From Lingula anatina (taxonomy: Eukaryota; Animalia; Brachiopoda), in NCBI GenBank assembly GCA_051362555.1, contig CM120640.1, forward strand, positions 17,670,001-17,734,000: a DNA stretch of 64,000 nt, in the 5' to 3' direction. The translations under genes and the position numbers were made by a program. Each line of letters begins with the position of its first letter. The stretch's first letter is position 1. The notes below the pieces were generated by a model. The model had not been told where the DNA came from, ran no database searches, and saw only the letters and a list, made by a program, of their open reading frames with translations. Positions 52,601 through 64,000 of this stretch are shown piece after piece.

Positions 52601-53720
52601 TCCTTGTAGTTTCAGCTGTAGTTTTACAACCAAAGTTGACAACAGTTTTTCTTCATGCTTCTGATCAAAGCATCCTAGTAATGCAGTTGCATTCGCCACT
52701 TTCTAGTCTTTAGGACCTACTTTTTTATGAACTTGTATTTCAATGCCCCCCCATAGAGGGGATAACAAAAAGTTGTGAGCGTCACAGACAAAGAGCAATC
52801 CATACTGCCTTACTTTCGATTCAGTCCCTGTCTAACTCCACACAAGTCCATGGTACCCAATCGGTAGAAATTTCAAGTTGAAACATCTTGGTCCCCAACT
52901 AGCCTCCACAGCAAGTGTCAGTTCATCATCTCCAAACATTTTTTTTCAGTCTGGGAAAGTGATATAGATACATGTTTTGTAAGGCTGTTTTTCTCTTGCT
53001 AGTACTATTGCTGACCTATGTTTGCATGCTGTATGTGTGTGTGTGTGTGTGGGGGGGTACAGTGCCTGAATTGAGTACCATGGAGCCATGGTACCACTGC
53101 TCACACGTACTTTTGGTTGGAAAATACACCAAATGCCTTGAAAGGAACTGTTAGATGTGCGTTACTTTAAATGCCTTTGTCTACAACTGATGGGTTGCTT
53201 CTTCCTCTCTTCTCCCTGTTACATGTAGTATTGTTTAGTGCTGAGATACCTTGTTATATATCGTAGATATCGTGGATAAACTTATAATATGCAGTTGTTC
53301 AGGACGGCAATGAACTAGTTAACCTTCAGGTGCAGTATATGTCAGTCAAAGGTCCATGGGAAACATTAGAGGTGTAGTGACAATGTGTTTTGTTTGTATT
53401 TCTTCGCACGGGGACTAGGGTTATGGTAAATTCCACTTGGGGCTTAACATACTGGCGGATCAAAGGTTTTGATGAGGGGGAAGGGGTGAGGGGTGAGGGA
53501 AAGAACATAAAATGTAGGCGAGGGGAACTTTACTTTTATGTACTATTTTGGGGAGGGGGGCAACAGGGAGAATGTGGTTTCTCCAAAGACGAGAAGAGGG
53601 GGCACGTGTCACTCTGTTGCCATTGAATTCTTCATTGTCCTGCATGTGCAGGTGTCCTTTGCCTTTCGTGCTTCAGAACTGTTGTGATGCGAAGTCGTAT
53701 GCAGTGAACAGTCCATTATG

Positions 53721-53805
53721 ATATATCTCTTTCTATTTTTTTAGTTTGCCAATGTTTTCATACATGTATACAGGTGGCAAACTAAAAAAATAGAAAGAGA
53801 TATAT
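53721..53805. repeat. Perfect 31-bp inverted repeat with 23-nt loop in iGluR intron 1
   Basis: atatatctctttctatttttttagtttgcca (53721-53751) and tggcaaactaaaaaaatagaaagagatatat (53775-53805). Confidence 0.92.
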
Positions 53806-56227
53806 TATACGTTTTTCTACATTTTTGTCTTCCAATGTGTACTTTTGTTGACTCTGCCATGATCGTCCGAAACAAATGAGTGCGATATTTCCAACAACCC
53901 GCATGCCATCCAAACAGTACATTAACGTGAAGCAGGGTACGTGTCTGGGCTCTCTTGCATTACTTAAATTCCCATCCGAGAGAGTCTTGGACGCAAGTTG
54001 TTGTTTTTTTTTCTAGGCTTCACATCCATATCATGCGATTTGGACTTTTCTTTCATCTTCATAGGTCTGCAGTTTGGTCTATCCAGACGTGCTTTTGGAA
54101 AATAATATCTACAAATATAATTCAAGATACTCAGACAAAACATGCACGTGATTTATTACTTGTGCAACTGTCCTTTGGGAATATAACAAAAGGCCAAAAA
54201 TTGTCCATCTACAAGAACATTTCCGATTACTTTTTGATGATAAAGAACAGTCAATAATTTCTGGAGTCGGAAAATCTTTCTGAGACATTTCAGTGAAATC
54301 GTGTACAAAAAAAGCTGCTTGATTGAATTCTGTGAATTCTGGGGTTGTAATTTAAAAACGTTTTCGTCTAATTACCATGAAGATAACGAACAGCTGAACT
54401 TGTTCCATCCTGGTGTGCTGAACTCTGTGTTCTAGTGAGAACATGCTTAATGTGTGATAAATATACTCTGGCTGTATATGTAACAGGGTATATCTATATT
54501 GCATTAAGGGCATCTATACTGGTAGGCCGACTTGTATCGCGCCGTAAAATGTGTTGGGCTATTTTTCTCGGTGCATTTAATAGGATCATTGTTGCGAAAT
54601 CAGCTACCGCTTCTGGTGATATTTAAAATGGTAGAAAACTCCATTTTGATGTACGCATTCATCAAAATTTATTCCATTATTGGTATATAACTAGATAAAA
54701 TGTGAGAAAAAGTCTGTACGGGACACTTTCCCAAAACCTGACAAGAGCCATGCGCCGCTTTGTTTGAAACAAAGGAAATACTATATGTTTCAACACCAAG
54801 TGAGCTTTTAAACTTGTCGTTACATTTATTGGATAGTAGGACAGGGAATTGTCACAGGTATCACATGTTGCTTCAAGGTTCACAAAGATGTTTACATATG
54901 TATATAATTGGCTGTATTTCTCTGCTCTACGCGTGTGTGTCCATGCAGAAGATATCTTAAACACGACTGGACATGGCACTTCATAATCCGTGTCCTTTTT
55001 TGACACCTGCGTCACAAAATTAAGGTGTCACTCATATTGGTGTGTAATTTTCTGTCAAGGTCACAGAATTTACTTTTCAAAAACACACGTTCGCCGGAAA
55101 ATCTTATCCTTTAGGTACTCTTGATGCGTTTTTATCTCCACGTACATGTTCAAGTTTTCCAATATGTACATGTAGCTTTATTGTATTCATGTATCAATAT
55201 GTAGGTTCACAGATTTTGATAAGTTTTTGCTTTTATTACATAAGTCATTCATATAAAAAAAACTTGTTATCAACACTTGTTGTCAATAAACAGCTGTAGA
55301 GTAGTAAAGAGACAAGCGTCCTCGATGGACTACGTTGAAACGACGGTTAGATAAAAGCTGAGAGTCTCCGTTGAAATGATGTTGGACACTATCCAAAACA
55401 GGGTCTGATGTACGCCACGTTGTTTTGAGATGATGTTGATTTGAATGCGAAGAGGATAAAACTTACTCACCGTTATGAACATCGACGAGTTAAACGTCGA
55501 CAGACCCACTAGGCTACAACTCCAATATTTATTTTTTAGAACCCATTCTACCGTAATTTTTCAATCACAATGAAATGCATATCCCTGACATGGCCAATAA
55601 TCACTAACTGCCTAGGGATAAGTTGGAAGCCAAATTTGACGTGTTTATAATTGACTTACAATGCTTATATCGATAATCAACGCCCACTTGGGAATGAACT
55701 TCAGTCCCCGGCGATATTAAGCCACTTCACCTTAACTCATTCTCTTAATCGCAGTTCTGAAATTCAATTTGCTTATTCTTTATGACTATTTAAGTGCAAA
55801 AGGAGCCCCAGTTATGAATAAAAGACGACGATATCTAGCTAGTTTTTCTGTGAAACGATACAAATAAGACAAAAGATATACAGCACCTTATCCGGACGCA
55901 AAACTACTACTTCTAATTTGTCACTAATTTACAGTGCAATTGTTGCCTTGTTGCCGATACTTCTCTGGGGGTTTATTTGAATAGATGCACGAAGAAAACA
56001 AGGTCTTAATCGCCTGTATATATGTTTATATGTTGTCAAGAATCATGATAAAGATTATAGAATTATGATTTTAAAGAAAGTATTTAATTACCATATATAT
56101 ATATTATATATATGACAAGCGTCATAACGAACTTTGCGTTACCAACAGCATTGAAAATGACTGGGTGCCTAAATGTGCAATTTCCAAGATGATTTTTTTT
56201 ACAAATAAAGTTTTTTTTTCTGTCTAG

Positions 56228-56383
56228 GCGCAGTTTTCGAAGGTGCTAGCAGCATTGAGGAGCTGGCGTTCAAGTATGCCGTAAACAAGGTGAACAGCGA
56301 AATCAGCGCCACTCTAAACGGGGTGACGTTAGAGTACGAGTTACAAAAAGTAACATCAGATAGTTTCCAAACTTCAAAAAAAG
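56228..56383 (+). CDS. GRIK: Ionotropic glutamate receptor (kainate-like), coding exon 2: start of amino-terminal (LIVBP-like) domain; gene continues beyond window
   Basis: tttctgtctag| and AAG|gtaagt, phase 1-1. GAVFEGASSIEELAFKYAVNKVNSEISATLNGVTLEYELQKVTSDSFQTSKK matches the kainate-receptor pattern EELAF.FAV..IN....L....L.Y..Q.....DSF..SKK. Confidence 0.9.
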
Positions 56384-58094
56384 GTAAGTCACGGGCGCTT
56401 ACAGTAACTCAATCCAGAAATGATTCCCGACATCCTTCAGATGACAGATAGAAACAAATTATTTGTGTTCATGGTTCAATAATGCGATGTACATTTAGTT
56501 TTGAAATGGAATAATTATTCAAACTAACCACATTTTGCTTTTATTGACCTATAGAAAACTGGACAATGACGTATAGGGAAACAATGACCCATAAAATTAC
56601 CCATCGGACGTCAAAGGATTCATTCGATATCACGGCAATTAGTACTTGTCACAGGTGCCATAGGTTTTGACTTCAAACAAATAGCTTGTTAGCTTGGCAA
56701 TATAATAAATTGGACCTCTCATCACAAAAGAAAAAAATACCAAGCACTGAACTCGACCTTAGGCCTCCTTCCAAAGAAATTAGGAAATCGGGGAAAAATA
56801 AAAGAATGCGACATTGCTTTTTAAAAGATAAAACTTCATATGGCAAGAACGTTTCTTTTAATTTTGAATACGAAACGGAGACTTTCACACACACATTCAT
56901 TCACACACACACACACACACACACAAGAAAAAAACAGATCAATGCTTAAAAAACACATTTAAAAAGCGTGGAAATGACGAAGGAATATAACTAGTGCATG
57001 CAAGCATTGATGGTTTACCATCTCGTACCACATCATTTACCAAGGCCACAATGCCGTCTGCATTTTATGAAAGCGCTGGCTGACCCTTACGAAATAAATT
57101 GCTTGTAACTAGTGTAAGGGCCCACAGCATGCTTGTCAATTCAAGCAAAGATGGTCGGTTGTGTGCAGTAGTATCATTACAAAAAAAGGCATTTTACTTT
57201 TTCCTTGCAAACGATGATGGCTATATATATGATCCAGACATTGTGCGTGCGCCAGATGTTCAGTGTTAAATTTATGATAACGGAGAGGAGTTAACTGGAA
57301 ATGAAAAACAAAATGAACTTTGAGTATCAAAAGTTGCAGAAAATTTTTAATACCATTTATCAGTAAAAGCACATCAAATCTTTCATCCCAAATATCAGTT
57401 TGAAAGAAAGCGAGAATCAGCAGTGGTATAGATAAAGTCATCTTACAAAAAGAAAAAATGGCATGTCTGTAGCAAAAAAGCGCAGATAATAACATTAAGC
57501 ACCAGTTTGTCTGGCGCTGTTCATCTTCTCACAAAAAAGAGCAGGTATCTGAAGGACAATGACGAACAAGATAATGACACCAATTTCACCGAATGCCATT
57601 TTTCGAGATTATACAAGCCTACTTGGTAGTTCTGTGTGAACGGTAAAGCTCCGTTTTAATAATGGGCTAACTTGAGCTGTTTGAGGTCTGCATATGGTTT
57701 GCTTTACAAAGCATTTTTGATAAATCAGCTATCTTGTAGACTTAGGCCTACCTCATCATTGATAGCGACCATGCTCGGTTGTTTTATTGAAAGAGAGGTC
57801 AAAGTTACCAAAATCCCTGGGCGTTAGTCCATACACACGTATGCACACAAGCACACACACACACACACACACTCATGCGCACACGCGCGCACGCGCACAC
57901 ACGCACACAGTCATATTCTTTACTTTTAGACCAAAACTTTAAATTTCTATTACACTTTTTATCTTACAATAATGAAGGCCATAAAACACTTTTATTGAAA
58001 AACAGAATGTCAAATTGTTGGGCACGATGAATGCGGTGGATTGAAATAGCCCTGTGTGCGGTGTGGTCTTCTTTAAATATGTTACAAGCAGCAC

Positions 58095-58393
58095 TATGGA
58101 ATCCCAGGAGGGCCAAGCGAAAAAAAATTGAAAAAAAAATTTTTTTTGAAAAAAAAAAAAAAAATTTGAAAAAAAAAAATTTGAAAAAAAAAAAATTTGA
58201 AAAAAAATTTTTATGAAAAAAAAAAAAAAATTGCGAAATTTGCGAGATCGCGTGTAATCCCGCGAGATCGCGCGTAATCCTGCGTGGCCACGTGAAATCC
58301 CGCGGTACCGAGCAAATTTTATTTCAAAAGGAAATCAAGAAAAAGAGAAAAAAAAAATCACGATATCTCACGAGAAATTGCGAGAATAGAAAC
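58095..58393 (+). repeat. Left TIR: A/T tracts plus three 20-bp CpG-rich tandem units
   Basis: tgcgagatcgcgtgtaatcc / cgcgagatcgcgcgtaatcc / tgcgtggccacgtgaaatcc at 58241-58300; TCTCACGAGA at 58366-58375. Confidence 0.9.
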
Positions 58394-58654
58394 ATGGCGG
58401 AAGAAGCCACGATGTGTTTAAAATGCCAACATAGCACGGACTATGAACAACAGGCTCACATTCCCATTTGTAATTCATGCGGATGTGATAATATATTGCA
58501 CGTAAGTTGTTTTCTCTTTATTCTTTATGCAGATGATAGTGTGACGTATAGTATCATTAGTGAATCAAGGACGAGTGTCCTCTTAGTCTTATTTCTTTAC
58601 TATTACTACACATCTCCAGTGTTATTATCAAAGCTTTTCTTTGGGCTACAAGTA

Positions 58655-58721
<67 letters not shown>

Positions 58722-61702
58722 TGTAAAAGACTTATTCATATGTGATTGGCTCTCGAGGAGAAATCTCAGAAAAAATTCACATCCATTTTGTAATAAACAA
58801 AAGAGCATACTAAATGAAATTGCCTTATAATGTGTGTATGTTTAATTGTATCTCTTATAAGTCATCTATAGTCTGTCATTGCTTCATGTAAAAAATTCAT
58901 TTTATTTTTGAATTTCAGATTTAAAGGTTTTCCTCAACAATCTAGTGGAACATTATAAAAGCAAAGCTTTGATATTAGAATATTTAAAGGACATTGGTAT
59001 TACCTGGAGGTAAATATTTTTGTGTAGAATTCTTTGTGGCAACAAATGCTTATTTATATTTGCTTTTTTGTAGAGAAATCTTTGTGTCAATCAATGTCAT
59101 GTTAAATTGGACAGCTGCTGACATCACTGGGTAGTTTTTTTTTAATGATGGCTTGGACTCCTGGAATTTTTGTTGAAAATTACAAGTGGTGATTTTAAAT
59201 GGCATGAATCCCCAGAAAAGTCTTGGTCCGTGTTATCATTTTCATATAGATTCCCATAAAAATCTGCAAAATCCTATTGCATGAAGGGCAAACTTTAAAG
59301 TTGTCAGCTCACTGAATATCTTAAAGCAGGTAATAAGTTCAGAAAGGATCTAATTATTTTTAATTATTTTGTTTTTCACTGTCAGTGAAAGAACCCTCAA
59401 GAGAAGGTTAAATGTTCTTGAAATCAAGCAACATGAACATGTCCCTGTTCAAGAATTAAGGGTAAGCGATAATTTTGATGCTGCCTACTTTGAATCAATC
59501 TGTATGTTGAAATAATATCTGTAGTATTTTGATCACTCAAGTCTTAGAATAGAGGAGATGGCATAAATACACCAACCAACCAGTACAGTATTAGTATATA
59601 GATATGTCTGATAGAAAGTCTGTTACAATCCAAAACTTAATTATATCCCCCTTGTACAAATAAAATGAAAATATTGACATCTTACAGTGATTTATATTTC
59701 CAATTATAATTTAATAAGGTTATATACATAATAAATGGTCATTTTAATGTGTGAGTCATATCTTTTTATGTAGGATATTATTCAACAAGAAGTCGTTGTT
59801 TGTGGGGGACTGGCAGGTGTAAGGCGAATATATGATCAGTGTCGCCAGAAATATCACAAGGAAGAAAAAAAGGTTAGTTAAGCAAAGGATTAATTTTTGC
59901 AATTAAGCAGTTAATTAAAAAATGAAAGTAAAAAATCTATATTTGTTTCACCTCTATTAAATTATATTATTCTGTTACTCTATCCTAAGAATTGATGTGC
60001 AAGAGATATTGCATGAAGTTGATCATGAAGGTCGGAAACTAAGATTACGAAGGGCTTTAAATCGACGAGTTTTTAAATCACAGATAAATATTATTTTTAT
60101 GTATAGACACAGAGACCTATCTGTCTTGATCATTTAAGCCATGCACTTTCAGCAATAACACAATATGTGGAAAACTATTTAGTCTTAAACCCTTTTCTGG
60201 TCACAAAAATTGCCAAGTCATCATACAGTCAGTTTCAACTAACTTAAGATTATAGAAAGATAATTGTATGATGGAGCCACTTATCAGTAAAAGTTGTTTG
60301 ATTCGTTCATTTGAGGAATGTATCAGTCAGATTATTCACATGTATATACTTTCAAAATGACATTTAATTTTAGGTTTTCATGTGATAATATCAACTATTT
60401 CTTTTCAGGGACCAAATTGGATTTGGTCTGTGGATGGTAATGACAAGTTTCAGTTCTGCCATATTTACATACATGGATGCATTGATACATTTTCACGCAA
60501 GATTTTGTGTATGTATATAATGTACTGTTTTAAGTAAAAAACCAATTTGAAAAACTTTATCCCTTATCTAACCACACACTACTGGGTTTAAAAGAGTTTA
60601 CTAGTATTATCCATTTCTGATTTTGCCATTGTAACATACTAGTTTGGGGTATATTTCAACACTGTGGTCTTCTTAAACATCTGTGCTAATAGTTACCGTT
60701 TTTTAATAGTCTGCCCTAATAGAACTAGAAGTGACCCAGAGACAGAGAATGTAGACTTAATTGAATGCCAAATGTTCCTAAGAAGAAATAGCAGTGATCA
60801 GCGTGCTTTCTCCGATAGTCACATCATGGGGCCTTCACCACTGAACCAGGTATGTAAATTTATTATTATATTTACCCATTTGTCACAAGGATGTCTATTA
60901 AAGCCTGTAGTTGGATCACGCACTATTCTGATGTCATGCATTTATTTCAGAAAATAGAGTGTTTCTGGTCAACTTTCCTAAAGAGAGTTTTAATCCGTTG
61001 GCATATCATAGAATGACTGATAAATTCACAAGTATTATACTTTTCAGGGTTTGCACAGAGATGGTTGGTATGACAGACACAGTTGCATTGACAAGTGGTG
61101 CATGGTATTTGTTTACTTGCCTCTGATACAACATGATATAGATGCATTTCAACTGTGGTGGAACAACCACAAAATAAGACACCAAAGGCAGGTGTGGTTA
61201 CCCACTGGTGCTGCTCCAAATGACATTTATGCATTTCCACATTTATATGGTAAATTTGGCAATTTCAGTTACATGTTTAGCATATAAAAGATTGAAATAT
61301 TTAAAACTTAAGACATTTTTGTTTTAAAAATCTTTTACTTTAAATATGAACATGTAGTCAATTTTACACATCACCATGTTCTTGTGGCATGGCTATGTGA
61401 CTAAATGGAACAACTGGCTTAAGGTATATCAACCTACATATTTTATGTAATATATATTTGCAGGCGGTCACCAGTGTGGATTCACTGTCAGTGATAGAGA
61501 TTTGGCAGAAGTTGCACGAGAAAAAACACTGAACTATGAACAATCTGCTCGTGTGCCACAGGACTTCTATAATGAAGCAACTAACTTCACTGCCACTAAC
61601 CACTTGACAATAGAAATATCCACTGAAGAGGAGAGTTATATTCAACTAAGGAGACACTTCATCCTAGAAAGATCTGCATTACAGTCATCTACATATGTGT
61701 AA
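58394..61702 (+). pseudogene. Intron-rich DDE transposase (integrase-core/IS3-like), disrupted
   Basis: Exons 58394-58501, 58919-59009, 59386-59461, 59774-59872, 59990-60083, 60409-60508, 60710-60849, 60951-~61001, 61048-61249 and 61464-61702. They encode the HTH-like GITWSERTLKRRL, then RRALNRRVFKSQ-GPNWIWSVDGNDK..IHGCIDTFSRKIL, CPNRTRSDPETEN, GPSPLNQ-KIECFW and WNNHKIR. Lesions: phase mismatch after exon 1, an A-run frameshift near 59870, a GT>AT donor at 60084, and an apparently missing segment after SRKIL. Confidence 0.85.
58657..58718. repeat. (AT)n microsatellite inside the transposon
   Basis: Directly visible. Confidence 0.95.
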
Positions 61703-61899
61703 AATGTAATATTAATGTTTCTGCACCAACCTGCAAATTCCAAATTGCTGTACAGGAAAAAAGAGAATAAAGAATCACAAAAGAGGTTATTTACTTTTTT
61801 TGATACATTTTAATGTTATTAAAATACAATGCGCAACAGGCTACACAACCCATTTTTATGAAACCACAAGTTCTGTAAGACAAAAAGGTAAATTGGTTT

Positions 61900-63654
61900 T
61901 CCCTTGATGGTGTTATCTCTTTATGTGCATGGAGATGCTGGTGTCACACCTGTCAGTACATAAAAATTCAACCACTTTTCAATAAACTTGACAATACATA
62001 TAATTCAAAGTCTCTATCCCAGCATAGCTGTCAAAACTACAAAAAAAGAATTAAAAAAATGCACAAAGTAGGTAACTGTCAATACTGATGCAAAATACAG
62101 TATGCTTAACAGGAAGTCGAACAGCATTGCAGGTATATGTCTGTTAGGAATATGTTACTAGCAGACCCATGTCAGTTCAAATTCACAGTTAAAATATGCA
62201 AGCAAGAGAAATATGAACATTCAAATAAAAATGCATAAATTTCAGAAAAAAAAACAATCAAGCTGGGTTCCCAATTTGATCTGTGCTTAAGAATAATTAT
62301 TGGATTTTCAAACTAATATGTCACTGTTTTTTCTTTATAATGTTACTATTGGCAGTACACAATTTGTTTTGCCAAATCTGATACAATTTTACGTAATGAT
62401 ACAACCTTGAACTGTCTATCATAATAGTATAATGTATAAAAGGTCACTGCCATTTGACTTCATGCCTTTGGGGGTTAAATCCCTCAATAAAAATGCTAAT
62501 ATTTAAAAAATATTGAACGCACATAAAAGGCAGTCAAACTGGTGCAAGTCTAGGTACAATTCAGACCAAGAACCCTTTCAGTAGGTTTGAGAGCCACGAG
62601 TAGCATGACGTTAATGGCCATTAAGGTGAGAGTGACCAAAATTTATTTTCCCTCACCTTTGATGCTATATTACATAATGCTTAAGAGCATAATCACCACC
62701 AATTCTTAATTATGCAATGCAGTTAAAATGGTATTTATAAAAAAATTAATTAGCAAAGGTATTCAGGCCCATGATATTTGAAAATTCCACTATGTACACA
62801 AGTGAGAACTATAACTAATGAGTTTACTTCCATTTTCAACAATTAAGTCAATGATAAAAACAGCACAACTTTAATAAAATTGTCCTATCATTTTTAATTA
62901 CCAGTTTGCTCCTTCCTATTCAAGTTCAGTAGTAACAATGGGTGTATCTCTGCTAATTTTGGTGTATTTTACATTTTATTTTCACATCTGAATATTGGAT
63001 GTTGAACTATTTGATACAGAACAATGCCCGAGCCCTAACGAAAAAAATAAAAAATACAAAAAAAACCTGCAGTGTTGCGCATGCAAAGCTCTACAAAATG
63101 AAAAAAAACAAGGTCTCTAGCAATGATGGTTCCAGAATTAGAGAGTTTTTAGTTTGGCATCTAATAGCCACTACTCGTCTGAAAATGCCCCAAATGACCC
63201 CAAACTCACGAAGATCAAAGATTACCCTAAGGGTAACACCTGCCCATTGTATTATAGATTAGATCTGTTTAGTTTCTGAAAATAGACAATAATAACTATT
63301 TTTCACAAGAAAGTTAGCAATTTTAGAAAACTGTGACCTGTTTGACCTTGAAATAATGCGCTCTAGGAGGAGAAGCGGTAACGGTGACTTGTAGTTCACG
63401 ACACCCTGCAGAGCCATATGAGATAGGTCGGGACTAAAGCCATGAATACTGCCAGCGTACATGCTGGTGGTACTAAAGAGTGTTTTTTAAATATTCTAGC
63501 TCCATAAAATCCCTTCTCATCGTGGCATTGGCCTAGCATGGAGCCAATATCCCAGGCTGTTGGGCGGTTTTCCCTTTACAAATGACATCCTCCTCTTCAT
63601 GTTCGGTGCAATGTCGGCATTTTGAACAGCCCCTCCCTGCCTCATTCGCCAATG
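61900..63654 (-). pseudogene. Decayed second (convergent) gene of the IS3EU element
   Basis: On the minus strand it starts at cattggcg (cf. catggcg at the left end) and reads ANEAGRGCSKCRHCTEHEEEDVIC. Further exon-like blocks with minus-strand splice sites lie near 63067-63230, 62902-62988 and 61910-62036, with multiple stops and frameshifts. Product not recognised. Confidence 0.5.
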
Positions 63655-63928
63655 CTTTTTTCTTTCTCGCACTTTCTCGCGAGATTTTGTGTTTTTTTAA
63701 AATTTCATCTTGAAAATGAAACACGATTGATCTCTCGGGATTTCGCGCGACCACGCGGGATTACGCGCGATCTCGCGGGATTACACGCGATCTCGCAAAT
63801 TTCGCATTTTTTTTTCAAAAAAAATTTTTTTTTCAATTTTTTTTTTTTATTTTTTTTTTCAAAAAAAATTTTTTTTTCAATTTTTTTAAAAAAATTTTTT
63901 TTCCGCTTGGCCCTCCTGGGATTCCATA
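63655..63928 (-). repeat. Right TIR
   Basis: Reverse complement of the left TIR, including the 20-bp units (about 63738-63797) and a perfect TCTCGCGAGA at 63675-63684. Confidence 0.9.
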
Positions 63929-64000
63929 CAGCACAGAGCAAAGCCTAAGACAAACATATCAGCCTCAAATCAAAATAGTTAGCAGTTGCGTGGTATAGCA

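Larger units (their letters stand above)
58095..63928 (+). mobile_element. Full-length IS3EU-type DNA transposon (5,834 bp), probably non-autonomous
   Basis: The terminal 25 bp are a perfect inverted repeat (tatggaatcccaggagggccaagcg) inside ~300-bp imperfect TIRs. Perfect 6-bp TSD CAGCAC at 58089-58094 and 63929-63934. TAY..RTA ends, a 6-bp TSD and an IS3/integrase-core DDE gene fit IS3EU. Confidence 0.9.

Noticed and set aside
58031-58216. Lys/Phe-rich ORFs here and at 63622-63948
   Set aside because: They are translations of the A/T tracts in the transposon TIRs.

Overview
AT-rich, intron-rich metazoan genomic DNA. It looks like a marine invertebrate, but the taxon cannot be fixed from the sequence alone. 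Exon models were read by hand from GT-AG sites and reading frame. Main contents, with all gene models on +: (1) a two-coding-exon Shaw/Kv3-family potassium channel gene (6651-11355, about 472 aa) with a neutralised outer S4 and a PVP-to-TIP S6 gate; (2) an unrecognised 21-exon gene (12760-24689, about 2,150 aa) with an N-terminal transmembrane helix, a basic patch and a long tail built by tandem duplication of phase-0 exon modules; (3) a 2.5-kb array of nine tandemly duplicated exon-like units separated by 69-nt canonical introns (28190-30724), which do not keep reading frame and carry about 15 copies of a hairpin motif with a compensatory base-pair change, i.e. a candidate repeat-structured lncRNA; (4) the first two coding exons of a kainate-type ionotropic glutamate receptor (48311-48404, 56228-56383); (5) a complete 5,834-bp IS3EU-type DNA transposon (58095-63928; TAT..ATA ends, 6-bp TSD CAGCAC) in the receptor's second intron, with a decayed intron-rich DDE transposase, a decayed convergent second gene on the minus strand, and TIRs carrying TCTCGCGAGA-type promoter motifs. 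The rest is intergenic or intronic DNA with microsatellites, short palindromes and degraded relics.
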